Positions 38,631 through 48,896 of a stretch of 64,000 nucleotides of DNA are shown piece after piece. Both the position numbers and the translations under genes were made by a program. This DNA comes from Candidatus Thorarchaeota archaeon (GTDB taxonomy: Archaea > Asgardarchaeota > Thorarchaeia > Thorarchaeales > Thorarchaeaceae), in contig JAWOEX010000010.1 of the NCBI GenBank assembly GCA_046482545.1, forward strand, positions 1-64,000, in the 5' to 3' direction. The stretch's first letter is position 1. Each line of letters starts with the position of its first letter. The notes beneath the pieces were generated by a model that was not told the DNA's origin, made no database searches, and saw nothing but the letters and a program-made list of their open reading frames with translations.

Positions 38631-39608
38631 CTAACTGGTTTCTGCAGCAGTATAGTTCTCTTTCAGCTCTCGTCCCAATGCTGCTCCTAGCTGTCTAAAA
38701 TCAGAATCCGAGATATGCGGTACGCTGCGAGTACGCTTGGGAATGTCAAATCGGGCAACCATCACGACCACATCATCATCCATGGATTGTTCTATTATTG
38801 CATCGTATCTCGTTCGGATTTTCAGTTCCTTCGTCCCTTCAGCGACAGGAAGGCCTTTGTATGAGGTGCCCACGAGGTATGGGTAGCTGAATCCAGTACC
38901 CGATACCTGCACATTCACCTTCACAGTATCAGGTAACTCCTCAACATAAGCCACCGGCTCAGCATCCATGATGGTTAGTGCATCACCTCGTCTACCCAGT
39001 TTCACCTTCATGCCAACACGAAGCCCGGGTGCATCCCGTAAGGCTTTAGCATAATGATACGTATCATCAGTAGTAGGAGATTGAAAGAAATCTTCAGCAT
39101 CAATAGTCGGGAGCCTGAATCCAAGAATGTAGCCGGCCACAGCGATGATTCCGTAGATAATGATAAGCAGGAGAATCGAGTCCAAGGTCAAACCGATAAT
39201 CGGTTGTGCAAACGAACCGTAAGATAGGGCAAGCATACCAAGAAAGACCGTCAAGAAAACCATTAGTATGCAGCCACAGCACTGGCCCTCATGACCCAGC
39301 AGATCACCGTACGCTTCTTCATACTCCTCGCGCATTTGTTCATACTCATGGAAGCTTATCCATTTCTCAGTTTTCTGCCATTTTCCCGGAACATAATCTA
39401 TAGCTCGCTTTGAGGCGGCTCCAAGAATCCCCGAGAGAAGAAGCAAGCCGAAAGGGAATCCAAAATATACTAGCAGTATCGTTTCGAATGTGTCGCCTTT
39501 TGAGAGAAAATAGTATAGTGCGACGATTACCACAATGACTACAGCTACTACAAACACACGGTTTACTGTTCTCTGGCGATGGTAATCGATTATCTGTTCG
39601 TCAGCCAA
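38631..39608 (-). CDS. Membrane protein (4 TM plus C-terminal soluble domain), paralog A
   Basis: 2+2 TM layout with linker IDYVPGKW..EYEEAYGDL. Confidence 0.75.
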   Translation of the reverse strand: MADEQIIDYHRQRTVNRVFVVAVVIVVIVALYYFLSKGDTFETILLVYFGFPFGLLLLSGILGAASKRAIDYVPGKWQKTEKWISFHEYEQMREEYEEAYGDLLGHEGQCCGCILMVFLTVFLGMLALSYGSFAQPIIGLTLDSILLLIIIYGIIAVAGYILGFRLPTIDAEDFFQSPTTDDTYHYAKALRDAPGLRVGMKVKLGRRGDALTIMDAEPVAYVEELPDTVKVNVQVSGTGFSYPYLVGTSYKGLPVAEGTKELKIRTRYDAIIEQSMDDDVVVMVARFDIPKRTRSVPHISDSDFRQLGAALGRELKENYTAAETS

Positions 39609-39672
39609 CGAAACTTCACCTCAGTAGGGCAATCATCCATGAACCTGAATGCTCATGAAGCTTTCTCATGAC

Positions 39673-40665
39673 TTAGTCATCACATTGGATTCTGGAAAGC
39701 AAGTTTTCAGCATCATCATGGCCTTCTTGACGTTCAATCCATTCTCTTAGCAAAAGGATTTCAGCTGCAGTTAGCACATTTTCAACATCTTTTACGCTAA
39801 GCTTCGAACGAGGAAAAGGTGGCTCCTTTACATAATGGCCATAAGAACTAGAACCACGGGATTCTCTGAATTGCCGGTCCATAGATCGCCAGTACCACTT
39901 GACCGAGTCTTCCTGGTCAGAGTGCAATAGCGCATGAACTCTATCCACTGACCAAAGCTCACCAGACCATGATTCAATGTATCCGTCTTTCTCAACATAT
40001 CTTACACGTGCAATCACACGGGGAGAACGGAATATCTCATAGCCACCATGTTCAGCTTTGTCAAGTACAACACGAACATTATAGAAACCAGGAAGGTTAT
40101 CTTGCTTCTCTGCTAGCCAGATTGCCTCTTTTATGAGGGGCAACTTGAAGTCCGAAGATGCTTCATTCCCCATAGCTTGGAAACCAACATATGTGGACGC
40201 GGCTAGCGTTGCCGGATGCAGAATAGCAGCTGCAATCAATAGAAGCCTTGCCGTAATCGTATTCGAAATTGCACCATAGAAAAGGAATCCAACCAACGAA
40301 AGTGCCAAAACAACAGGGAGAAACCACATCCAGAGCTCACTTTTTGGAGTAAGTCGACTGTACTTGCGAATGTATTCTTTGCCCATCTTGTTCAGATCAC
40401 TAGGTTCAAACTGAACTGGTTCAAATTTCCAGTCAGGCCGTCTGTACTCTACTCTCTTCTTACCCGCACGTCCAAGAAGGAATCCAGCCGCTGCGACAGC
40501 CAATGGAGCTGATGGAAGATAAAGGAAAAACAAGGCCAAACTGTATGCCTCATTCCTGACAACTTGTACAACGCAAAACCCGAGTATTTGAGTTGCAATG
40601 ATGAGTGCAATGAACAATGCCTTGATAGAACTCAAAGATCTCTTTTTCACAATCTCACTAGGCAA
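39673..40665 (-). CDS. Membrane protein (4 TM plus C-terminal soluble domain), paralog B
   Basis: Same layout with linker VEYRRPDW..EYIRKYSRL. Confidence 0.75.
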   Translation of the reverse strand: MPSEIVKKRSLSSIKALFIALIIATQILGFCVVQVVRNEAYSLALFFLYLPSAPLAVAAAGFLLGRAGKKRVEYRRPDWKFEPVQFEPSDLNKMGKEYIRKYSRLTPKSELWMWFLPVVLALSLVGFLFYGAISNTITARLLLIAAAILHPATLAASTYVGFQAMGNEASSDFKLPLIKEAIWLAEKQDNLPGFYNVRVVLDKAEHGGYEIFRSPRVIARVRYVEKDGYIESWSGELWSVDRVHALLHSDQEDSVKWYWRSMDRQFRESRGSSSYGHYVKEPPFPRSKLSVKDVENVLTAAEILLLREWIERQEGHDDAENLLSRIQCDD

Positions 40666-40784
40666 GCCCGCTAGCTCCCGTAATAATGAAAACGTAATTG
40701 CTCTTTAAACGTATCCTTCGCCATTGATAACAAGTTTTGTTAGCAGAGTGGATATTATATCTTCGCTATAGTGAAGTGACAATC

Positions 40785-41250
40785 ATGGTTAGTATAGGTG
40801 ACGAGGCACCCTATTTTGAAACAAAAGATGAGAGTAAGAATACATTTAGGTTAAGTGATTACGGGGGAAAAGCTTGCCTTGGTATTCTATCCCAGAGGTA
40901 AAAGGCCAGGATGCCCCTCGGAAATGTGTTCTCTCAGAGACAGCCACCAAATGTTTGAAGACACAGGAATAACAATCTATGGTATATCTGCTGGGTCTGC
41001 TGAGTCCCATCAAGAGTTCAGGGAAGAATACAACCCCCTATTTCACCTTTTAGTGGATGAAGACCTAGAGATTGTAGAGAAATATGACGCACGTAGTCGA
41101 CTCGGTATCATTGGATTTAGTGTCAAAAGGATAACATATCTCATCGATGAAGAAGGGCCAATTGAGGACATATTCGGCAGGGAAGAAGGAGATGTAAAAA
41201 CCAAGGAGCATGCTAAGCAGATCTCTCAATTTTGGGTTCTTAAGTTGTAG
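40785..41250 (+). pseudogene. bcp: Peroxiredoxin Q/BCP, frameshifted
   Basis: MVSIGDEAPYFETKDESKNTFRLSDYG from the ATG at 40785 shifts frame at GGGGGAAAA (about 40863-40871) into KLALVFYPRGKRPGCPSEMCSLRD..YGIS..RITYLIDEEG. The PxxxTxxC Thr is replaced by Arg. Confidence 0.8.
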
Positions 41251-41504
41251 AGGCGTGAATTGCATATTCCTAACCGGTACATAGTCCAAAATCCTATGAT
41301 GCCGGACGACCGATGTCGCAGGCAAGTCACTATTGAAATTGCACTAGTGAACATTCATACCTTCGTGGAGCCCAACATTTTATGAATTTCAAATTGATTT
41401 ATTCATTAGCACCTGAAAGGTTACACTTTAAACCGGCCTCTGGGCCAGATTGTAATGTAAGACAGATAATCTGGAAATCAATCTGTCGCTAGCCAACGGA
41501 GTTC

Positions 41505-42872
41505 ATGAAAATGCCTGAAGACAAACTCTCAGCGGAAGAATTGAAGAAAAAGGCTGAGAAGCCAGGAAAAGATGCAATGGTGCTGCACCCTTACTACAAG
41601 GGAAAAATACAATCAATTGGTAAGGCACCAGTGCGTGATTTTTCCGACTTCGCTATCTGGTACACCCCAGGGGTTGCCAAAGCCTGTACAGCCATCAAGG
41701 AGAATCCCGAGCAAGTCTACACCATGACAAACAAAGGGAATATGGTAGCTGTGGTAAGCGATGGGACCCGTGTCCTCGGATTGGGGGATATTGGCCCTGA
41801 AGCAGCTGGCCCGGTCATGGAAGGTAAATCTATTCTTTTCAAATACCTTGGTGGTGTAGACGCTTGGCCGATATGCCTTGATACCAAAGATGCCGACGAG
41901 ATAATCAAAACGGTGAAGATTCTCCAGCCATCATTTGGGGGAATCAATCTTGAAGATATCTCAAAGCCGAAATGCTACAAGGTTCTTGAGGAACTAAGAG
42001 CTGACAAGGATATCAAAATCCCTGTCTGGCACGATGATGCTCAGGGAACCGCAACGGTAGTTCTGGCTGGCGTATTAGGCGGTCTCAATGTGGTGGGCAA
42101 GGACATAGAAAACATCAAGGTTGCCATGATAGGAGTTGGATCAGCTAATACTCGCACAGCATATCTCCTCATAGCAGCCGGTGTAGACCCCAAGAACATG
42201 GTTATGGTTGACAGCAAGGGTGCTATCTACGCTGACCGAGACGATATAGTCGAGCAAAAAGACTATGATACGTTCAAATACGACCTTGCTCAGAAAACAA
42301 ACCCAGAGCGGCATACCGGCAAGCTCGTTGATGTCATCGACGGAGCAGATGTTCTGATAGGTGCATCACGACCTAAGCCAGGTACAATAAAGAAAGAAGC
42401 GGTTGAGAATATGGCCGATGATGCCATTGTTTACGCCTGCGCCAATCCTCTACCGGAAATCTGGCCATGGGATGCCAAAGAAGCAGGTGCCAAGATTGTT
42501 GGAACTGGTCGTAGCGACTTTGAGAATCAAATCAACAACTCGCTGGGATTCCCGGGTATCTTCCGAGGTACCCTAGATGTGCAAGCAGAAACCATCACAG
42601 ACGAGATGTGTATAGCTGCAGCTGAAGCACTTGCGGAGCTGGGGGCTGAAGAAGCTTCCGAGCACAAGGTAATCCCGACCATGGATCGTTGGGAGCTCTA
42701 TCCCCGAGAGGCAACAGCAGTTGGTATGAAAGCCATTGAGCAGGGAATAGCCCGGAGAGAGTGGGAAGAAAAAGAGCTATATGAGCATGCCGAAGAAATC
42801 ATCCGCAGAGCACGTGCAGCATCAGAGACACTCTATGCCGAAGGACACATACCCAAAGCCCCTGAGACATAG
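41505..42872 (+). CDS. NAD(P)-dependent malic enzyme
   Basis: YTPGVA, VSDGTRVLGLGDIG, VMEGK, INLEDI, HDDAQGTA, ANPLPEI and TGRSDFENQINN motifs. Confidence 0.95.
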   Translation: MKMPEDKLSAEELKKKAEKPGKDAMVLHPYYKGKIQSIGKAPVRDFSDFAIWYTPGVAKACTAIKENPEQVYTMTNKGNMVAVVSDGTRVLGLGDIGPEAAGPVMEGKSILFKYLGGVDAWPICLDTKDADEIIKTVKILQPSFGGINLEDISKPKCYKVLEELRADKDIKIPVWHDDAQGTATVVLAGVLGGLNVVGKDIENIKVAMIGVGSANTRTAYLLIAAGVDPKNMVMVDSKGAIYADRDDIVEQKDYDTFKYDLAQKTNPERHTGKLVDVIDGADVLIGASRPKPGTIKKEAVENMADDAIVYACANPLPEIWPWDAKEAGAKIVGTGRSDFENQINNSLGFPGIFRGTLDVQAETITDEMCIAAAEALAELGAEEASEHKVIPTMDRWELYPREATAVGMKAIEQGIARREWEEKELYEHAEEIIRRARAASETLYAEGHIPKAPET

Positions 42873-42884
42873 GTCTAGTTTATT

Positions 42885-42927
42885 GAGGGGTTCCTTTGGA
42901 GCCTCTCATTCTTAGCTTTTTTTTTTT
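42885..42927 (+). terminator. Hairpin plus poly-T terminator
   Basis: GAGGGGTTCC-TTT-GGAGCCTCTC followed by an 11-T run at 42917-42927. Confidence 0.7.
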
Positions 42928-42999
42928 CGATATTAACAGTGCTGGGAGTAATCTGTCCATTTCTATGTACAGAGGGTCACAGTGCTGATTGTTTTTTAC

Positions 43000-44973
43000 T
43001 CAACCCAAGCGTTTCCAGAATATTATGCTACCCGTGGCCACCGGCACCAGAGCAAGCATGAGAATAACGATAATTGAATTGATTCTGGGATTAGGGTCTG
43101 AACCATCAGGTAAAAGGTCCATATCGTAATCAGGAAAAAGGGGATCTAAGGTTTCCCTAATTTCCGACAAGTCATTCAAATCATCAGCATCTGTGTCGTC
43201 ATTCGAAGGGTCAGTTCCCAGTTGTACCTCTTCCCAGTCAGTCAATCCATCAAAATCACTATCAGCAGATAGAGGGTCAGATCCGTAAAGATATTCTTCG
43301 TAGTTGGTAAGGTTATCGTCATCGAAGTCAAGGTGAGAATCATTGACAAGAGGGTCGGTTCCGAAGGTTACTTCCCAGTTATCAGGCAGATTATCCTCGT
43401 CCGTATCATTATGGTTTGGTCTTGTTCCCAATGACTTCTCCCTGATATTTGAAAGGCCGTCATTATCCAAGTCGTCTTCGGCATCATCAGCTAGAGGATC
43501 AAGACCGAAATTCACTTCATACCCATCATTCATCCCGTCTCCATCAGTATCACTGACAAATGGGTCACAACCGATGGATTTCTCTAAACTCTCATTCAAA
43601 CCGTCATTATCCCAGTCAAGAGGAGATTGAGGTGGGGGCCATGAATATTGGTCGGAATCCAAGATACCGTCACCATCGGTATCAGAATCATAAACCAAAT
43701 AGACTTCAATTTCATTGTTTGTATCGCCTACGTTTCTTACAGAAAGACGCACATCGCCTATCAGAGCAGGCATCTCCGTTTCAAATGAGAAGCTACTATT
43801 TGGTAGTTCGTCTATAGAAAGAAGGTCAAAAGAGGCGTTCCTTAGAGTAAGGCTTGTGTTTTCTGGCACCTCTACATTTCCATAAACTTGGAGTTGCTGA
43901 GGGACTGTAATGATTGTATGAAGGGTAGCTTGTTCATATGAATCCAACTCTCTCTGGAGTTTGTATTCTGTAGGATTACCATTCCCCTTCTGTGCTAGAT
44001 AGACAGCCATTGCGCACGAGGCCTTCGCTACTAGGAAGCCTTGAGTTTTGTTGTAGTAGGAAGTCGATAATGAATCGGGAATATAGTCTTCTGACAGCTT
44101 CGTATGACCGCTTTTGATGTTGATGGCCGGATATCCCCGCTCCCAGAACGATTTATGGTCTGTATCAGTCTGTGTATTCCTAGTGCTATTTATAATGTCA
44201 TAGCCAGAGCTAGACATGAAAGTGATGAGAAGGTCCGCGAAATATGCAGTCTGATGATACCCAAAGATAGATGGCGATCTATACTCAACAATCAATCGTT
44301 TATTTTCCGATTGTTGGGAATCATAATAGAGAATCTCATCGAAATTCAGAGAAGAAATTACATCAACACCCCGTGTTTTCAGGGTGTCTGCCACCTCCTG
44401 TGAACCATAAAGGGCCCTCTTGTTTTTCTGAAAATCGATAAATTCCATATTTCCTGCAAAGAAGCAATAGTAGAGATCTACAGGTAATTGAAACTCGGAA
44501 AGAACGGTAGCAATCATCATGACAGTCGCACAACCACCTGCGTTCTGGTCTACACCGCTACTATCCTCTGCAGAATCGAGATGTGCTCCAAATACAATAG
44601 CCCTGCTATCGTTTCCATATCCTTTCTGATAACCTACGACAGATCTGTGTTCACCCCAAAAGGAGGCCTCTATCGACAGCGATTCAAGAGTGTCTATCAG
44701 GTAGTCAGCCGCAGCCTCATATCCATCAGATTCACCGAACCTTGACCCCTTGGATACTATCGTAGTCAACGGTGTAGAAAACTGGTTGAATTTCCCTTCT
44801 TCCCAAGCTATATTCCACCAATTCAGAGAATTATAGGGGTGGAGATCAATCTCCAGGTTCTGTTCTTCATCATCGGCATCAGGAGTAGAAGGCAGAGAAA
44901 GGAAATATCCAAGACTCGCTGAAATAATCATAGCGAGAATAACTAATACGGCCACTGCTTTCTTTTTCTGCAT
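43000..44973 (-). CDS. M28-family peptidase-like surface protein with TSP3-like Ca-binding repeats
   Basis: GAHLDS, GVDQNAGG, NFDEI and TDHKSFWERGYPA; multiple DTDGDGxxDxxE..GTDP repeats; N- and C-terminal TM helices. Confidence 0.85.
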   Translation of the reverse strand: MQKKKAVAVLVILAMIISASLGYFLSLPSTPDADDEEQNLEIDLHPYNSLNWWNIAWEEGKFNQFSTPLTTIVSKGSRFGESDGYEAAADYLIDTLESLSIEASFWGEHRSVVGYQKGYGNDSRAIVFGAHLDSAEDSSGVDQNAGGCATVMMIATVLSEFQLPVDLYYCFFAGNMEFIDFQKNKRALYGSQEVADTLKTRGVDVISSLNFDEILYYDSQQSENKRLIVEYRSPSIFGYHQTAYFADLLITFMSSSGYDIINSTRNTQTDTDHKSFWERGYPAINIKSGHTKLSEDYIPDSLSTSYYNKTQGFLVAKASCAMAVYLAQKGNGNPTEYKLQRELDSYEQATLHTIITVPQQLQVYGNVEVPENTSLTLRNASFDLLSIDELPNSSFSFETEMPALIGDVRLSVRNVGDTNNEIEVYLVYDSDTDGDGILDSDQYSWPPPQSPLDWDNDGLNESLEKSIGCDPFVSDTDGDGMNDGYEVNFGLDPLADDAEDDLDNDGLSNIREKSLGTRPNHNDTDEDNLPDNWEVTFGTDPLVNDSHLDFDDDNLTNYEEYLYGSDPLSADSDFDGLTDWEEVQLGTDPSNDDTDADDLNDLSEIRETLDPLFPDYDMDLLPDGSDPNPRINSIIVILMLALVPVATGSIIFWKRLG

Positions 44974-45147
44974 TTTTCATACAATCCGAGAGTATCTTTC
45001 AAAACCCAACCTGAAGTGACAAGAAGGGCATAAATATGCGTTGAAAAGAGCATTACATTTCCTAATCGGAAATATGTGTTCATATCGTTAGGGATATTAT
45101 TCCAAAATCAGTGTAGACGCATAGTACCTATTCCGGAGCAATAACTG

Positions 45148-46254
45148 ATGTCTTTCAACCGCTGTGTGCGATGTGGGTCCTGCTTGAAGGTTTGCCCGAT
45201 ATTCGATGTAACTAAGGAAGAAAAGTACTCTCCGCGAGGCAAGACGTACCTTCTTCAAGTTATGGATCTGATAGAAGATGATGAAGAAGCTGGGAGAGAA
45301 TTCCGACGCCTACTTTTCGAATGCACCATGTGCGGAAGATGTAAGGAAATCTGTGAATCCGATGTCGACTTACTAGAGGTGTGGCATAAGCAGAGAGGTT
45401 CAGCTATTGAAGAATCGCCTCAGCAATTCGACTACTTAGAGTCCCTGAAAAAAGCTCTGAGTAGCGTCAGGAACATCTATGGATTACCTGAAGAGGATAG
45501 AGCGGTATACTGGCTCGACGAGATAGAACTGGAGATCCCTGACATACGAGAGAAAGTGTATGAAGCGGGAAAAACAGCTGACACCATGATTTTTCTCGGA
45601 TGTCTGATGTCATTCAGAGCAAGTCAAATGGATGTAGTACGGGCACTCTTTGAGGTCTTGGAGCATCTAGAGAGTGATTACCTTGTCATGGGAGCCGAGG
45701 AGTTCTGTTGCGGGCATCCGCTTCATCTCATGGGGGACGATGAAGCTGCAGAAGACCTGCGGAAGCACAACAGAAAGATTATCGAAGCGGCTGGTGTTAA
45801 CCAGGTTGTTACGTGCTGTCCGGGCTGTCTCATTCAATTATCTCAGTACCACAATTTCAAGAATGTTGAAGTCCTCCATCACACTGAATATCTTGACCAC
45901 CTAATAGACGAAATTCCAGAATACAATCAGAATGTGGACATGGCGTATCATGATCCCTGCGAACTCCATAGGATAAGCAATGTGAAAAAAGAACCACGTT
46001 CACTGCTTCGAAAGATGGTACTGGATTTCAGAGAGATGGACTTGTCGTGCTGTGGCGGTGGCGGGCTCTTGCGGATGACCGATCCAGACCTCAGTGACAA
46101 GATAGTGGCAGTCAAAGCCAAGAGAGAGGAGTTGGCCGATACCGTTGTTGTCACGTGTTGTCCCTCATGTCGAGAACAGTTCCTAGCCAATGATATCCAA
46201 ACACGTGATATCGTGGAGCTGCTGGCAGACATCTACAACGAGGAAGGAAGATGA
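45148..46254 (+). CDS. Fe-S oxidoreductase with CCG domains (GlcF/HdrD-like)
   Basis: CVRCGSCLKVCP, CTMCGRCKEIC, FCCGHP, TCCPGC, YHDPC and SCCGGGG motifs. Confidence 0.9.
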   Translation: MSFNRCVRCGSCLKVCPIFDVTKEEKYSPRGKTYLLQVMDLIEDDEEAGREFRRLLFECTMCGRCKEICESDVDLLEVWHKQRGSAIEESPQQFDYLESLKKALSSVRNIYGLPEEDRAVYWLDEIELEIPDIREKVYEAGKTADTMIFLGCLMSFRASQMDVVRALFEVLEHLESDYLVMGAEEFCCGHPLHLMGDDEAAEDLRKHNRKIIEAAGVNQVVTCCPGCLIQLSQYHNFKNVEVLHHTEYLDHLIDEIPEYNQNVDMAYHDPCELHRISNVKKEPRSLLRKMVLDFREMDLSCCGGGGLLRMTDPDLSDKIVAVKAKREELADTVVVTCCPSCREQFLANDIQTRDIVELLADIYNEEGR

Positions 46255-47591
46255 AGCTTCGAAACATAGTGGCAGGTGCAAATGCTTCAATATACTATCG
46301 CTTTAATTTCAAGAACATTAAGCGAGTATTCTATCCAAAAGATCAGAATGATGTTCGTGATGCTATCGATTATGCTCGGAACCACGGGTATGATGTCACT
46401 CCAAAAGGAGCAGGGTCGGGTCTCAGTGGAGCGTGTACGGGAGGTAATCGGGAACGGGTAATCATAAGTACACTTCAGATGAACAAAATTATGGATGTCT
46501 CAATTGATGAAGGATATGTGGATGTTCAACCAGGAGCTACTCCCGATGAGATTAATGCCATTCTGCAGCCAAAGAACGTGAAGTTCTGGGTTGCGCCCAG
46601 TAGCAGAGATGTGGCGACAGTCGGAGGAATTCTGAACACGGATGGCGGCGGCAATGATACATGGGTAAATGGTACGATGCGAGACAACACACTGAAAGTG
46701 CGCATGATGCTGTATGATGGGCATCAAATATCCGTGGACCAGAATGGGGTGGAGTCGGATGATACGAATCTTCAGGATAAACTGAATCAAGAGGGATTAA
46801 CTATTGATGACATAGCCAGCTCCCATGGTACTCTGGGATTCATAACCCAGTTGCGGGTCGCCATACGACCATTCCCTGACGAAAATCTTACCGGCGCACT
46901 AGTCGAGTATGAGGACTATGACACAATGGGTAGAACGATTGATGAAATGGTCAGCAGAAATAGCCCAATCCGTTATGGTGAGAGCATTGTAATGGCACAC
47001 GATGACGTGAGAGAGAATCTGTCACCCCCACTTCAGATACTGGAATTCCCAAGTAACTATGCTGATGAATTGAACGAGATAACCGATTACAAGGAGCTAA
47101 CGGAGGCAGAGCTTGAAAAGCTCAAGGAGACCAGAATCAAGCTGCCGAAAAAGAATCCCAAGGACGGAAGGCAGCTAGCACTGTTCGAAGGCTACGGACT
47201 TCATGATGATAGTCTCCGAAACATGAGTAATAGTATAGACCAAATCAATGAAGTTCTTCAAAACCACGGCTTCATTCCTCTTGTGAAATACGGACACGCC
47301 CCGAGCAAGTGGTATCTTGGAAATAACGAGGAAGCCTACGGTATGATTATGCATTCGCGAGAGATTAGACCTGAAGCACAAAGCGGTAAGAGAGTCTTCC
47401 AGACGGTATTGGCACTACTTGATAGATGCAAGGAGCTTGGTATCACTCCAAAACCTGAGCATAAATGGCCATTTTCAGATACCGAGAAAAAGAGTAGAAT
47501 TGCGGAACTTAGAAAGGTTGTAGGCGATGGCTTCAACAGTTTTATACTCCAAGAAGACTGCGCCACACCCACTCTCCGGACCATGGTTTAG
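46251..47591 (+). CDS. FAD-linked oxidoreductase (GlcD/D-lactate dehydrogenase-like)
   Basis: PKGAGSGLSGA, ATVGG, SHGTLGFIT and PEH motifs; ATGA overlap with the Fe-S partner. Confidence 0.88.
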   Translation: MKLRNIVAGANASIYYRFNFKNIKRVFYPKDQNDVRDAIDYARNHGYDVTPKGAGSGLSGACTGGNRERVIISTLQMNKIMDVSIDEGYVDVQPGATPDEINAILQPKNVKFWVAPSSRDVATVGGILNTDGGGNDTWVNGTMRDNTLKVRMMLYDGHQISVDQNGVESDDTNLQDKLNQEGLTIDDIASSHGTLGFITQLRVAIRPFPDENLTGALVEYEDYDTMGRTIDEMVSRNSPIRYGESIVMAHDDVRENLSPPLQILEFPSNYADELNEITDYKELTEAELEKLKETRIKLPKKNPKDGRQLALFEGYGLHDDSLRNMSNSIDQINEVLQNHGFIPLVKYGHAPSKWYLGNNEEAYGMIMHSREIRPEAQSGKRVFQTVLALLDRCKELGITPKPEHKWPFSDTEKKSRIAELRKVVGDGFNSFILQEDCATPTLRTMV

Positions 47592-47667
47592 CAAATCTTC
47601 AGAATAGTTTCGGTCTACTCCCTCTAGGTGCTTAAATATCCTTCACAAAAATAATACACGATGATGT

Positions 47668-48807
47668 GTGATGGTGGATTCAAATAGAAGCCCTCGCGGA
47701 TTGTTTGACCCCTATTATGTACCAGATAGCTTGCTACATCGCAATCGAGAGATAAAAAGAATCAACGGGTTCTATAGCGATTCCTATGAAGACCAGTATG
47801 GCATCAACTGCTTGGTCCACGGGATAACAGGTGTTGGCATGACTGTCTTCTCGCGATACTTTTTGACTAGACTCGTTCCGAGTAAATTCGATGCACTTAC
47901 TGTGTACGTGGATGCTGAGCATAAGGATACGCTCGAAATAGTATCTGAGCTCAATGATAAAATCCATAGGAAAGCAAATAGACCAATTACTGTTGCCTTC
48001 GATTTAGACGTTCTATGGATGCAATTCAAACGAACCGCTTCAAAAGTCGATAAACGGGCAGTTTTCGTCATAGATAACATAGATAAAACCAATGAGGATA
48101 TTTACTCAAAGGTAGCTCAGCTTTCCAAGGAAATCAAAGCAAGTACGATTGGGGTTTTGAATAGTCATGACTACAGAATGCTGACCAAATCACCCGCAAC
48201 CAGCATGGCTTATGATTTGGAGATTCCCCTTGATACCTATACTCAGTCGCAGCTCTATGACATAGTCAGAATGAGAGTTGAGGATACCTTTCCGTTGACC
48301 CTAACGGATGAGGTCATTCGTTATCTGACAGACATTGTATGTGAGTTCGATGCAAGCCGACCGAAGACGTCAATTGAAGCCCTTAAGACCCTTTGGCCAC
48401 TTTCCAAGCAGGGTAAGGAAATCGATTCCGATGTTGTGAGAGCAGCTACTTCCAAGATTGCGGAATATGCCTATGATCAGGATTACTTGGATATTGTAGA
48501 GACTGTGAGCATGAACGATTACATGACCCTTCTCGTTCTTGAAGCACTAGCTGAACATTTGGTCCACTACAAGCAAGAAACCTACATCGACCGGCAGACC
48601 CTTGATGAGAATGTCGCAATCAAATGTGAAGAGATGGGAGTCCGATACTCGGTTGAGGATGTCAACAAAAGCCTGCAAACTCTCATTTTCCAGAGCGTTG
48701 TTTTTGAATCGGGCTATTCCAGCAATCTGCTCTATGTTCTAGTTCCGCCAGAGATACTCCATGATGCAGCCCTTCAAATGAGGAGAGATCTGGCTAGAAG
48801 AAAATAG
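47668..48807 (+). CDS. Orc1/Cdc6-family protein with degenerate ATPase motifs
   Basis: LFDPYYVPDSLLHRNREI, VHGITGVGMT (Walker A K to M), FVIDNID (Walker B E to N), YTQSQLYDIVRMRV and a C-terminal wH region. Confidence 0.85.
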   Translation: MMVDSNRSPRGLFDPYYVPDSLLHRNREIKRINGFYSDSYEDQYGINCLVHGITGVGMTVFSRYFLTRLVPSKFDALTVYVDAEHKDTLEIVSELNDKIHRKANRPITVAFDLDVLWMQFKRTASKVDKRAVFVIDNIDKTNEDIYSKVAQLSKEIKASTIGVLNSHDYRMLTKSPATSMAYDLEIPLDTYTQSQLYDIVRMRVEDTFPLTLTDEVIRYLTDIVCEFDASRPKTSIEALKTLWPLSKQGKEIDSDVVRAATSKIAEYAYDQDYLDIVETVSMNDYMTLLVLEALAEHLVHYKQETYIDRQTLDENVAIKCEEMGVRYSVEDVNKSLQTLIFQSVVFESGYSSNLLYVLVPPEILHDAALQMRRDLARRK

Positions 48808-48896
48808 AGAAGTGGTGCAGACTCACGCCCGCACCATATTATATTCATATTGTGAAGTTTATTGTGTGGGAGTTGATACTTTCAAACACAATAGAA

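Noticed and set aside
40785-41250. Selenoprotein peroxiredoxin
   Set aside because: The active-site codon is TGC, and the disruption is a frameshift rather than an in-frame TGA.
47592-47667. Replication origin next to the cdc6-like gene
   Set aside because: The intergenic gaps are under 100 bp, with no ORB-like repeats or AT-rich unwinding element.
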